Assembly: GCA_039936115.1 (NCBI GenBank)
Contig: JBDTIZ010000066.1
Location: 1-56,162 of the forward strand
Direction of reading: 5' to 3'
Length of the DNA stretch: 56,162 nucleotides
Source: Gammaproteobacteria bacterium
GTDB lineage: Bacteria; Pseudomonadota; Gammaproteobacteria; DSM-16500
Part shown: positions 20,527 to 29,790 of the stretch, in pieces
Numbering within the stretch: position 1 is the stretch's first letter
Layout of the letters: each line of letters starts with the position of its first letter
The notes under the pieces: generated by a model
What the model saw: only the letters and a program-made list of their open reading frames with translations
Told to the model about the DNA's origin: nothing
The model's database searches: none
Made by a program: the position numbers and the translations under genes

Positions 20527-21450
20527 TTATACCACTTCGGAGTTAACTGCCGCCCAAACTAATTTCTCGTCATTCATTACCGAATTCGCAGGGTGTAAGA
20601 ATCCATCCCACTCGCTCGCAGCTATTTGCCAATATTTTTGATGGCCAAAGAATGGTATAACATTACCTTCTTGCAGCCGATTTATTGTCTCATTTGAGCC
20701 TTCATCATCTAATGCTAATTTAGATAACTCTTGCAGGTGTGCTCTATCTCTCACAAGCAAGTACTTCTGCTCCGAATTTTTATTTTTTAATAAAAAATTC
20801 CCATCAGTGTCAGTTAGACAAAATGACACAATATTATTGTCTCGAATATACTGTTTAAATTCTCTAATGAAATGATTGTTACTAAGATAGCTGAAATCAG
20901 GCATGTTTGTTACTAGACCGCTTAACGAAGAAAAATATTTCCATTCCAATTCTAAAGCAGTTTGTTGAAATTTATTCATGAAGTCAGGATCGTCTTTTCT
21001 AATGTAGCTGTCTACTAAGCCGCTATTAAGTGCATCTACACCAATTTTATAATCTCTCTCGCCAGTGATTAATGCCTTTTTCATGGGTAAATGTTGAATT
21101 TCTTTTAAAAAATCTAATCCATACATTTCTGGCATGTGATAATCAACAAATAGAACGCTAACATCATGTTGAGCTGAGTTCGTTATTGTCTGTTGAAGTG
21201 CATCAATCTGAATGTTGATAGTACGCTGCGTAGTTGGGATTGCTGCGGTTATATCTAAAGTGGCTACGTGATCCTTGGTTAGCATTACTTTATATTCGTC
21301 TAGCAAATAGCGCATTGCCTGCTTAGGTGAATTATACCCTGAAAAATTTTTTCCATGCATTTTTAATAGAATACTTTCTGTAAAGCTTTGGTCGTCATCT
21401 AAAATTATTTTCCGCATTGGGAATAAGCAGATAGGAATTGCTGTGGTCAT
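20527..21450 (-). CDS. response regulator with an N-terminal receiver domain and an uncharacterised ~150-aa output domain
   Basis: KIILDDDQS...VLFVDYHMPEMYGLDFLKEI...KALITGE is the receiver pattern. The C-terminal half carries no recognisable DNA-binding motif. Confidence 0.75.
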   Translation of the reverse strand: MTTAIPICLFPMRKIILDDDQSFTESILLKMHGKNFSGYNSPKQAMRYLLDEYKVMLTKDHVATLDITAAIPTTQRTINIQIDALQQTITNSAQHDVSVLFVDYHMPEMYGLDFLKEIQHLPMKKALITGERDYKIGVDALNSGLVDSYIRKDDPDFMNKFQQTALELEWKYFSSLSGLVTNMPDFSYLSNNHFIREFKQYIRDNNIVSFCLTDTDGNFLLKNKNSEQKYLLVRDRAHLQELSKLALDDEGSNETINRLQEGNVIPFFGHQKYWQIAASEWDGFLHPANSVMNDEKLVWAAVNSEVV

Positions 21451-21920
21451 TATTCATCCTGAGGCTTTTTCATCGCCGATAATAGTTCTTGCATTTGGAT
21501 TGTTGTTTTGAGGAGGTTTTTAGCATTCAGCGGCAGCAAAGGTAAGATTTCTGCTGTGAGTTCTTCACCAATTAAATTAGCCGAGAGTGCTTTTTGATAG
21601 CCATCGACTAGCGTAGGTAAAAGATCAGCTAAAATGCTCGCAATAGTTTTGATAGTGGTGAGTTTGCTATTAAGACTATGCAGAAGAGCGCTATCAATAA
21701 CCGCCTGATTATTTAACGGGGTTATGCCAAGCAACTGATCCAGACTTACGCCAAAATACTCCGCTATTGGTTTTATAGTTAAAACCTGCGGATTTTCGGT
21801 TACGCCAGTCATCAAACGATAAACGACCGGTTGGCCAACCCCTGTTTTTCTTCCAAGTTCTGCGCATTTGATGCCCTTCACTGACATAAGGTAGGAGAGC
21901 ACGCTTGATAAATTATTCAT
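21450..21920 (-). CDS. XRE-family helix-turn-helix protein
   Basis: LSYLMSVKGIKCAELGRKTGVGQPVVYRLMTG...IAEYFGVSLDQLLG is the HTH_3 pattern. Its stop overlaps the response-regulator start. Confidence 0.75.
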   Translation of the reverse strand: MNNLSSVLSYLMSVKGIKCAELGRKTGVGQPVVYRLMTGVTENPQVLTIKPIAEYFGVSLDQLLGITPLNNQAVIDSALLHSLNSKLTTIKTIASILADLLPTLVDGYQKALSANLIGEELTAEILPLLPLNAKNLLKTTIQMQELLSAMKKPQDE

Positions 21921-22090
21921 ATTATTCAGTACACTGAGTTTGTAATTATATTTGCATTATATTTATGTTTATATGATATGTCAACATTGCTGATATTTTG
22001 TTTTGAAATACTAATCAAGCCAGCATGCACAATAGAATTGGCTGGTTATCCGATAAAATAGCTTCATAAAATAACATTATGAAAAAAGTG

Positions 22091-22132
22091 TTGACATCGC
22101 AATCATAGATTAATATGCTTCAAAGCATAATA
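22091..22132 (+). promoter_or_regulatory. sigma70-like promoter candidate with an overlapping imperfect inverted repeat (operator-like)
   Basis: TTGACA (22091-22096), a 17-nt spacer, then TATGCT (22114-22119). TAATATGCTT-CA-AAGCATAATA forms an 8/10 inverted repeat across the -10 region. The site lies in the 820-bp AT-rich divergent intergenic region. Confidence 0.3.
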
Positions 22133-22213
22133 TATTACTCATATATGAATTAAAAATGCATATAAGTTAACTTTTTGATTTCACACGTATATAGGGCTGC
22201 GAGAGCCTAGGAT

Positions 22214-22549
22214 GTGTTTAATCGTGCTCTGAGGTGTGCGGTGTCATTTATTGATAAACGAAGCGATGTGGCGTCGCTTACTAAAAAAATAAAAAAGCTA
22301 CGGGTTAAAAATATTAACGATTTAGTAACAATTGAAGTCTTATCAGAAGCCATTTTCAACGAATGGGTAAAGCTGAAAATAAAATATCAAAAAAATTTGA
22401 TACGTAATTCATCAAACAAGAGGAGGCAATATTTTAAGTATGAGGCAGAAGTTGAAATAATTTTTGGGTTGATGTTTTTGTTAAATGAAAAAATTACTAA
22501 TTCAATTATGGCGACTGTGAATAATGATAAAGACGAAACAATAAAATAA
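22214..22549 (+). CDS. hypothetical basic protein (GTG start), doubtful
   Basis: 111-aa ORF only. It is Lys-rich with no motif, in an AT-rich intergenic zone. Confidence 0.3.
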   Translation: MFNRALRCAVSFIDKRSDVASLTKKIKKLRVKNINDLVTIEVLSEAIFNEWVKLKIKYQKNLIRNSSNKRRQYFKYEAEVEIIFGLMFLLNEKITNSIMATVNNDKDETIK

Positions 22550-22739
22550 GTATGCGTCAAGTCTACTCGAGAAGAAAAATTTTTTGGATAACTAACTCAG
22601 CTTGTTTTAAATGAAAGAGTATTAAATTCATATTATCTATTAATAAAAAGGAGCGTGTGCAGATATTAAATTAATAAGAAGTATTTAGAAACATAGATCA
22701 AAAACATAAACGTAATTAAAATAAATCTTAGGGAATATT

Positions 22740-24422
22740 ATGCAAATTATAAAAAAATTTGAAACACCAGGCCCAGGCGTTTGGGAATTGGATAACTCTC
22801 ATTTTTCAAGACCAATGAGTTTGTTTAGCAAAGAAATGTTTACCACTAGTTTAGTGCAAGGACTTAAAGAAGGAACTAATCGTTATGGGTTAGCGCTTAG
22901 TCATTTAGCATATGCAATGGTTAATGGTTTTTTCTATAAAAAACCTGTTTTATGCGGAATATCTGATGATCATTATGGTCCACTTCCTAGAGACTTATTC
23001 GAGAGAAATTATATTTTAAATAGATTAGAGGTTGGTAAAAAAGCATTAGAAACCAAACTTTGGCGTGAAGATTTAAAAAAATGGGACAATGAAGTAAAAC
23101 CAGATTCGATAAATAGAAATAAGTGCTTGCAAGCAATATTACCTCATTCATTAAGTGACACAGCTTTAATTCAACATCTAAAAACATGTTACGAAAATGC
23201 GCTAGAAATGATGTATCGACATCATGTATTTACAATTCCTGCCGTATTGCCGATAGGATTATTCGTGAGCAAAGTCCGTGAATGGACTGGTTTGCCTTCT
23301 TCTGAATTGCTCTATTTACTTAAAGGCTCGACTCCAATTTCTAAGGGTGCAGCTGATAATGAATTAGATAGTATTGTTACATGTTTTAAACGCGAAAGGA
23401 TTTGCCCGGAAAACTATGTTGGGGAATCAGCGTTAGACGTATTAAATGATATCAAATCGAAATGTGATCCGATCACAAAGCAAGCGCTAAATAGCTATCT
23501 AGATTTCGTCAATTACAGATTAATCACTGGATATGACGTTACAGATAAATTTGGCCTAGATATGCCAGACTTAATTGTCAGCAATATATGGAATCGTTAT
23601 TTGCAAACTAATAATACAAATAGCGATGTCTCATTGCATGAAAAAACAGAGTATGTCCGATCGAAAGTACCAGCTATTCATCAGAATGAATTTGATTCAC
23701 TTTTAATTGAAGCAAGAATGATTAATCGATTAAGAGATGAGAGAGGAATATATAACGATGTATTAGGAACAGGTCTAGCAAGACGTGCAATTTTAGAAGC
23801 AGGGAAAAGGCTAGAAGAACAAAATTGTCTGCCTGATCGCAATCTTCTTTTACATGCATCTTATGAAGAAATTATTGTGCTTCTAAATGATAAGACATCC
23901 GCATTAAACAATGAGCTTGTTGATCGAGCAACATGGTTTGAAAATCACACAGTTGATGATGCGCCACTAATTTTAGGCGGCGAATCAGTATCAAAGCCGC
24001 CCATATCAGCATTTCCGGAAATTGCTAGACCTGGAATGATCGCTTTATTTACTGCAATCGGAGAGATTTACGATAGTTCAGAAAATAATGCTAAGAAAAA
24101 TGAATTAATTTCAGGCACTCCAGTTAGCTCAGGTGTTTATGAAGGAACAGCAAGAGTTATTTGTACTACAAAAGATTTCAATAATCTAATGCAAGGTGAT
24201 GTCCTAGTAACAAAAAATACTACGGCTGCATTCAATGCAATTTTATCTTTGCTCGGTGCAATTATAACTGATAGAGGTGGCCAATTGTCACATGCTGCAA
24301 TTGTGTCAAGAGAGTATGGCATTCCAGCAGTAGTTAGCACAGGAAATGCAACGCAAATAATAAAGGACGGGGCTAGGGTTAGAGTAGATGGAATCAAAGG
24401 AACTGTAGAGGTTTTATCATGA
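22740..24422 (+). CDS. PEP-utilising-enzyme mobile (phosphohistidine swivel) domain protein with a large N-terminal substrate-domain-like region
   Basis: The C-terminus GTPVSSGVYEGTARVI...VLVTKNTTAAFNAILSLLGAIITDRGGQLSHAAIVSREYGIPAVV is the PEP_utilizers motif with the catalytic His. The preceding ~450 aa are alpha-helical, like the substrate-binding domain of rifampin phosphotransferase-type enzymes. Confidence 0.8.
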   Translation: MQIIKKFETPGPGVWELDNSHFSRPMSLFSKEMFTTSLVQGLKEGTNRYGLALSHLAYAMVNGFFYKKPVLCGISDDHYGPLPRDLFERNYILNRLEVGKKALETKLWREDLKKWDNEVKPDSINRNKCLQAILPHSLSDTALIQHLKTCYENALEMMYRHHVFTIPAVLPIGLFVSKVREWTGLPSSELLYLLKGSTPISKGAADNELDSIVTCFKRERICPENYVGESALDVLNDIKSKCDPITKQALNSYLDFVNYRLITGYDVTDKFGLDMPDLIVSNIWNRYLQTNNTNSDVSLHEKTEYVRSKVPAIHQNEFDSLLIEARMINRLRDERGIYNDVLGTGLARRAILEAGKRLEEQNCLPDRNLLLHASYEEIIVLLNDKTSALNNELVDRATWFENHTVDDAPLILGGESVSKPPISAFPEIARPGMIALFTAIGEIYDSSENNAKKNELISGTPVSSGVYEGTARVICTTKDFNNLMQGDVLVTKNTTAAFNAILSLLGAIITDRGGQLSHAAIVSREYGIPAVVSTGNATQIIKDGARVRVDGIKGTVEVLS

Positions 24423-25225
24423 GATTAGTTAAATTGAAAGATGCTATAGAAGAATCGGAGTTTGGTGGTAAAGCAGCGAATTTAGCTAAGGGTATAAAGG
24501 CTGAATTACCTGTTCCTGACGGTTTTGCACTGAATACTGTATTCGTGAATAAGATTTTAGAAAAAAACACTTTAGCAACAAATAATCTTAAAAGCGCATT
24601 TGAAGATTTAAATTCAATGGTGGCAGTCCGTTCATCTGCGACTGGGGAAGATTCTAAAAATGCAAGCTTCGCTGGACAATATCTCACTATGTTAAATATC
24701 AATTCCTTCGAGCAGTTAATTGAGGCTATTGAAAGCGTAGCAAACTCAGCGTTAGAAATTTCTGTATTAGATTATAGAGAAAAACTCGGTTTAGCTCAAA
24801 AACCACAAATGGCAATTGTAGTGCAGAAACTAATCGATGTAAAAACAGCAGGTGTTTTATTCACTCGTAATCCTATCACCCAAGCCAAAGAATTTTTGGT
24901 TGAAGCTTCATGGGGCATAGGAGAAGCAGTTGTAGCGGGATTGGTTATCCCAGATTTCTTTAAATTAAATATTGATGGAGAACTTGTAGAAAGCAAAATT
25001 GGTATTAAAGACAAGGCGCTAAATTTGAATTTAAACGGTGGGTTAGATGAAGTATCCATTGATAAAGTTCAGGCTGTCAGATCTTCATTGACTAATAATG
25101 ATTTAAAAAATCTGTATCAATTAGCTAATGCCTGCAAAAGTGTATATGGAGATGACCTGGACATCGAGTGGGGAATTACGAATGGCAAAGTACATCTCTT
25201 GCAGTGTCGCTCCATAACAACTTAA
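24419..25225 (+). CDS. PEP/pyruvate-binding (PPDK_N, ATP-grasp) domain protein
   Basis: FGGKAANLA...VAVRSSATGEDSKNASFAGQY...VVQKLI...AGVLFTRNP...GEAVVAG...LDIEW is the classic PPDK_N/PEP synthase nucleotide-binding pattern. It has an ATGA overlap with the upstream gene. Confidence 0.85.
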   Translation: MRLVKLKDAIEESEFGGKAANLAKGIKAELPVPDGFALNTVFVNKILEKNTLATNNLKSAFEDLNSMVAVRSSATGEDSKNASFAGQYLTMLNINSFEQLIEAIESVANSALEISVLDYREKLGLAQKPQMAIVVQKLIDVKTAGVLFTRNPITQAKEFLVEASWGIGEAVVAGLVIPDFFKLNIDGELVESKIGIKDKALNLNLNGGLDEVSIDKVQAVRSSLTNNDLKNLYQLANACKSVYGDDLDIEWGITNGKVHLLQCRSITT

Positions 25226-25262
25226 AAATATTTTTTGATTTTGTCTGGATTAGGATAAGAAA

Positions 25263-26525
25263 ATGTTTGATAGATTTTACACGACAGCTAGTAATAATTA
25301 TTTATTACTAGCATGTATTTTAAGTTCTATATTAGTTCCATTAAACTCAACAATGATAGCTAGTGCATTACCAGAAATTGGTAAAACATTTAATGTTAGT
25401 CTGAGTTTTCTAACAATATATCTTATTGATGCCTATTTACTAGTTAATATACTGTTACAGGCAGTTGCTGGAAGAATGGGTGATATTTATGGGAGACATA
25501 TTGTATTAAATGTCGCACATTCATTAATAATTCTCGGCAGCTTGTTTGCATTGGTAAAATTTAGTTTTAGTCTGCTGGTGGTCGGACGAATACTTGTGGC
25601 GGCTGGCGGTTCTATTATCGTACCTAACACAATAGCTTTAATCTGCGAAACTCAAAATAATATTCGCAAAACGTATATGCTAGGGATTGCAAATAGTGCT
25701 TTCTGTTTCTCGGCAGGTTTTGGTCCATTGATAGGAGGAATCATTACTCATTTGTATGGTTGGCAATCAATTTTTCTTATTAACATTCCCTTTTTATTGT
25801 TCTCATGGAGTTTGATAATAAAAAAGGAAAGTTTTAAAAATGAAACAATCAAAAGGACTACTGAAAACTTTTCAAGTTCAACATTTATAACGAAAAAAAT
25901 TTACAAAAATTACCAGTTCATCATTGGTAATGCACTAATCTTTACTCAAAATGTAATTTTATATGGGTTGCTTATCGCAGTCCCATTTTTGTTATCAACG
26001 GCTTTTAATGAAAATTCATTTGAAACAGGTCGGATTATATTTCTAATGACGATTTTTATGGCCATTTTTACATTTTTAATGACGCAAGTTAGATCGGAAA
26101 GCAGGAATGTCTTCTTTTTGTTAGTTGAAATATTTTCAACTTTTACCGGACTTGTTTTATTGTATTTTTCTCTAAAAGTAGTATCACTAGATATTTTGTT
26201 GATTGCCTTGTGCTTAATTGGCGCTAGCATAGGAGCTGGTTACGCATCGGCTCAATCATTAATTTTGTCGGCATCACTACCCGAATGCAGAGGTTTTGTC
26301 TCAGGTATAACGTCAATGATCAGATATCTTGGTGGAATAACTGGCATAACAATCTTCTCAATAATTTCCGCAACATTAAATATTGAAAACATAATAATGC
26401 AAAGTCGAATATGTGCATTAATTTATGCTTGCATCAGTGCATTCACTTTATTAGTGCTATTAGCTCTCGTATTAACAAATCTTAAAAAAGATAATGATAA
26501 TTTTTTAATTCCAACCTTAAATTAG
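25263..26525 (+). CDS. MFS transporter (drug/metabolite:H+ antiporter-like)
   Basis: 420 aa and about 12 predicted TM helices. The N-terminal pattern LNSTMIASALPEIGKTFNVS and GRMGDIYGRH (motif A-like) fit the family. Confidence 0.8.
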   Translation: MFDRFYTTASNNYLLLACILSSILVPLNSTMIASALPEIGKTFNVSLSFLTIYLIDAYLLVNILLQAVAGRMGDIYGRHIVLNVAHSLIILGSLFALVKFSFSLLVVGRILVAAGGSIIVPNTIALICETQNNIRKTYMLGIANSAFCFSAGFGPLIGGIITHLYGWQSIFLINIPFLLFSWSLIIKKESFKNETIKRTTENFSSSTFITKKIYKNYQFIIGNALIFTQNVILYGLLIAVPFLLSTAFNENSFETGRIIFLMTIFMAIFTFLMTQVRSESRNVFFLLVEIFSTFTGLVLLYFSLKVVSLDILLIALCLIGASIGAGYASAQSLILSASLPECRGFVSGITSMIRYLGGITGITIFSIISATLNIENIIMQSRICALIYACISAFTLLVLLALVLTNLKKDNDNFLIPTLN

Positions 26526-26556
26526 TTGTTCTGAATATTATATATAGGAGTAATAA

Positions 26557-27768
26557 ATGAAATATCAGTATGTGAAAGTAGATTGCAATCTTGTACATCA
26601 AGTTAGTCCAGAGGATGTGCTTATTTGTAATGGATATGTTGGATTGCCATCTTTCATAACCAAAGAAACATATGATAATGATCTCGGCGTACATTTGAAT
26701 GAAGCTGAAAGTGAGGTTTTTCATAAGTTATATGGTTTTCATATAAGATATGATCACGCAATGGGAATGCAAGAATGTTATGTTCTTAAAACTATTTTTC
26801 CTGAAATACAAAAAAATGCACTTAGAAAGATATCTAAAGAAATAGTTGATATTTTAAATAAATACTATTTAGAAATTGATGAAAAATATATCTTGTCTAG
26901 TGACTTTATTGATGAAAATAGTGAAAAATTGCTACTGAAATTAATGGGAAGAATTGATTTAAATATTAGTGAAAATGATAGAGCCACTCTTGGAAGAGTT
27001 TTTGAATGTATTAACTTTTCTCTAAGTGTAAAAGTTTATTATTCAACAATGTTTAATGATACTAATCATCCCTATTACTATAAAAAAGAACATGAACATG
27101 TTCCAGGTATGATGGTGATCGAATCTGTAAGACAAGCACTCTACGCGTATGCCTATACATTTAAAAAATGTAAACGTGGTGATGTTTCTATCTCAATTTC
27201 AACATTAAATAGTAATTTTTATAGATATACCCAGTCAAATTATCCATTAAAAATAATGGTCGAAGATAATTCTGAGCCAGCTGATGATATTAATCGAGTT
27301 TTAAAACTTAAGGCAAAATTATTTCAAAGAAATAGTCTTGTGGCTGAGATAGTTTACGAGGGATCAATAATGAAATTGAACACTTTTAAGCGATTACGAG
27401 TTATGGGTAGTGATGAAGATGAATATGTTTTTTATCCGATTAAGGACGGTTATGACACTCTGATCTTAATTAGTGATAATTCATCTTGTATATCGATATC
27501 TAAGTTAAAGGAAATATCTATGAAAGGCATGAGGCTATTTATTTCAAATAAAGACATCTATGAAAGCAATCAAAAATTTAAATTCATCTTAGGCATTAAA
27601 AATAACAGAAAAATAATAGCTGAGTGTTTATTGGAATCAAAAGAGGATATTGATAATGGTATGGATATATTCGTTCGTTTTATCGATCTCTCTAAAAATA
27701 CCATTATGGATATATCAGACTATATTAAAAATTATACCTATATATATGAAAAAGGATTAATAATTTAA
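26557..27768 (+). CDS. AfsA/ScbA-family hotdog protein (gamma-butyrolactone/butenolide synthase-like) with a ~120-aa C-terminal extension
   Basis: EHVPGMMVIESVRQALYAYAY matches the AfsA-repeat signature (H-V-P-G-M...E-x-x-R-Q). The N-terminal LVHQVSPEDVLICNG matches the start of an AfsA repeat. Residues ~285-403 are an additional domain. Confidence 0.6.
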   Translation: MKYQYVKVDCNLVHQVSPEDVLICNGYVGLPSFITKETYDNDLGVHLNEAESEVFHKLYGFHIRYDHAMGMQECYVLKTIFPEIQKNALRKISKEIVDILNKYYLEIDEKYILSSDFIDENSEKLLLKLMGRIDLNISENDRATLGRVFECINFSLSVKVYYSTMFNDTNHPYYYKKEHEHVPGMMVIESVRQALYAYAYTFKKCKRGDVSISISTLNSNFYRYTQSNYPLKIMVEDNSEPADDINRVLKLKAKLFQRNSLVAEIVYEGSIMKLNTFKRLRVMGSDEDEYVFYPIKDGYDTLILISDNSSCISISKLKEISMKGMRLFISNKDIYESNQKFKFILGIKNNRKIIAECLLESKEDIDNGMDIFVRFIDLSKNTIMDISDYIKNYTYIYEKGLII

Positions 27769-28979
27769 TGTCACATTTTCTATCGAACAACATAAGCATG
27801 AGTGATCTATCCAAAAAAGGAGTAAAAAAATATCCTTATATTTTTACTCCTTTGGTAATCAATAAAATTGTTATTCCTAATAGAATTTATTTTTCTCCGT
27901 TTGGAATAGATGACGCCAATATTGATGGAACAATATCGGATTCTCTTGAAAACTTTTATCGTAATATTGCTAAAGGTGGTTGTGGATTAATAATGTTAAG
28001 CAATTGCTCTGTTTCACCTGATTCTATTTTAAATCCTCGTGGCCTGAAGATGCATAACAATATTCACTCAAATAGACTGAAAAGAATAATTAATAGAGTC
28101 GAATGTTATGGTGGAATATTGGGTATTCAGCTTCAGCATTATGGGGCTCAAGCGGTTACAACATTTACAAACCAAGCTTTGCTTTCCCCAAGTGGATTTG
28201 CATGTAAACACTATGGCAAAAAAGATTCTCAATATAAGGTGCGTGAAATGACCCTTGATGATATTGAAGAAGTAAAGCAGCAATTCATTGATGCTGCTGT
28301 TCTAAGTGCAAGTGCTGGCGTAAAGTTCATCCAGTTACAAGCTGCTAATGGATATTTGTTACATAGTTTTATGTCACCTTACACAAACAAGAGAACGGAT
28401 GGATATGGTGGTAATTATGAAAATCGAGCCAGATTATTGATCGAAATTATACGCGGTATTAAATTAAAACTTAAAGATAATATTATTTTATCAGCAACTA
28501 TTGGTATTAACGACTGCCTAGATCAGGAGGGTGTTAGGCCGAGTGATTATAAGTTCATAATGCCATTATTAGAGAGCTCAGGAATAGATTCAATCACAGT
28601 TTCTATCTCAATCGCTGAAACTTTTAAGAATCTTATTATACGTACACACGAGTCAGAAAAAAAACTTCACAGTTCAATTTTTGATATTAAGAAACATATG
28701 CTTTCTTCTATTCCAATTGGCTTTTCTGGGTTTACAAATTCGCTTCAATCAGCAGAAGATTTAATAAAAAAAGGTACGTCTAATTTTATCGGCATGGGTC
28801 GTTCTTTATTTGCGGATAATGATTTAATTCTTAAATCTATCGATGGAAATAATAACAGCATATTTCAATGTTTATGGGATGGTAACTGTTTTAAAGATAA
28901 ATCAAATTCATTGCTGGATAGAGTGTACTGCTGCGTAAATCCAAAATATAAAAGACCCAATTCTATCAAATATAATTAA
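27768..28979 (+). CDS. Old Yellow Enzyme-family NAD(P)H:flavin oxidoreductase (ene-reductase-like)
   Basis: GIQLQHYGAQ and IQLQAANGYLLHSFMSPYTNKRTDGYGGNYENRARLLIEII are canonical Oxidored_FMN motifs. It has an ATG/TAA overlap with the upstream gene. Confidence 0.85.
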   Translation: MSHFLSNNISMSDLSKKGVKKYPYIFTPLVINKIVIPNRIYFSPFGIDDANIDGTISDSLENFYRNIAKGGCGLIMLSNCSVSPDSILNPRGLKMHNNIHSNRLKRIINRVECYGGILGIQLQHYGAQAVTTFTNQALLSPSGFACKHYGKKDSQYKVREMTLDDIEEVKQQFIDAAVLSASAGVKFIQLQAANGYLLHSFMSPYTNKRTDGYGGNYENRARLLIEIIRGIKLKLKDNIILSATIGINDCLDQEGVRPSDYKFIMPLLESSGIDSITVSISIAETFKNLIIRTHESEKKLHSSIFDIKKHMLSSIPIGFSGFTNSLQSAEDLIKKGTSNFIGMGRSLFADNDLILKSIDGNNNSIFQCLWDGNCFKDKSNSLLDRVYCCVNPKYKRPNSIKYN

Positions 28980-28994
28980 GTAGGAATAAACACT

Positions 28995-29780
28995 ATGGAT
29001 CGTTTCAAAAATTCAATAGTTCTAGTCACGGGTGGAACTCAAGGAATGGGATTAGCTGCTGCATTAAGATTTGCACAAGAAGGTGCTTCTGTATGTGTAT
29101 CGGGTAGAGATTCAAACAAAGGAGAAGATGCTTTAAAAATTCTAAATGGAATATCGAATAATGTAATTTTTATTCAATGCGATATAGCAAACAGTCAAGA
29201 TGCAGAAAATTTGGTATCAAGATGCGTTGAAAGATTTGGTCGACTTGATATTGCTTTTAATAATGCCGGTGTTACTTCCGAGTATGCACTTTTAGCTGAT
29301 TCAGATGATGCGCATTGGGAAAATGTTATTAAAACTAATTCATGTGGAACATATTACTGTATGAAATATGAAATAAGGGCAATGCTAAAAAACAAAGGAG
29401 GTGTGATTATAAATAATGCTTCATGCGTTGGTCTGATGCCCATTCCAAAGCAATCTGCTTATGTTGCAAGTAAGCATGCTGTAATTGGATTAACTAAAAG
29501 CGCGGCAATGGATTATGCGGATACAAGCGCTGGACAGCCTCAAATAAGGATTAATGCAGTTGCCCCAGGTCCTATTTTAGGAGGAATGAATAGTACCTCT
29601 AAACATGCCAACAACTCAGATAACGTGATCCGTAAGAGCGGGTTTACTGCGATGAATCGGTTTGGCAGTCAAGAGGAGGTTGCAGCAACAGTGTTGTGGC
29701 TTGCTTCAGACGAAGCATCTTATATTACTGGTACGGTTATATCTATAGATGGTGGGATGAGTGCGGGAAAATGGCATTAG
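28995..29780 (+). CDS. classical short-chain dehydrogenase/reductase
   Basis: TGGTQGMGLA (TGxxxGxG), NNAG and YVASKHAV (YxxxK). Confidence 0.9.
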   Translation: MDRFKNSIVLVTGGTQGMGLAAALRFAQEGASVCVSGRDSNKGEDALKILNGISNNVIFIQCDIANSQDAENLVSRCVERFGRLDIAFNNAGVTSEYALLADSDDAHWENVIKTNSCGTYYCMKYEIRAMLKNKGGVIINNASCVGLMPIPKQSAYVASKHAVIGLTKSAAMDYADTSAGQPQIRINAVAPGPILGGMNSTSKHANNSDNVIRKSGFTAMNRFGSQEEVAATVLWLASDEASYITGTVISIDGGMSAGKWH

Positions 29781-29790
29781 AGGAGCTAAT

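Noticed and set aside
24137-24702. Minus-strand ORFs 24137-24397 and 24394-24702 (and similar antisense ORFs at 539-730, 3330-3611, 13523-13789, 15588-15911, 25946-26230, 35363-35769, 36314-36625, 38560-39015, 43377-43631, 44911-45165, 46301-47105, 49055-49865, 50589-50894).
   Set aside because: Each lies entirely inside, and antisense to, a longer ORF with strong family motifs. These are shadow ORFs.
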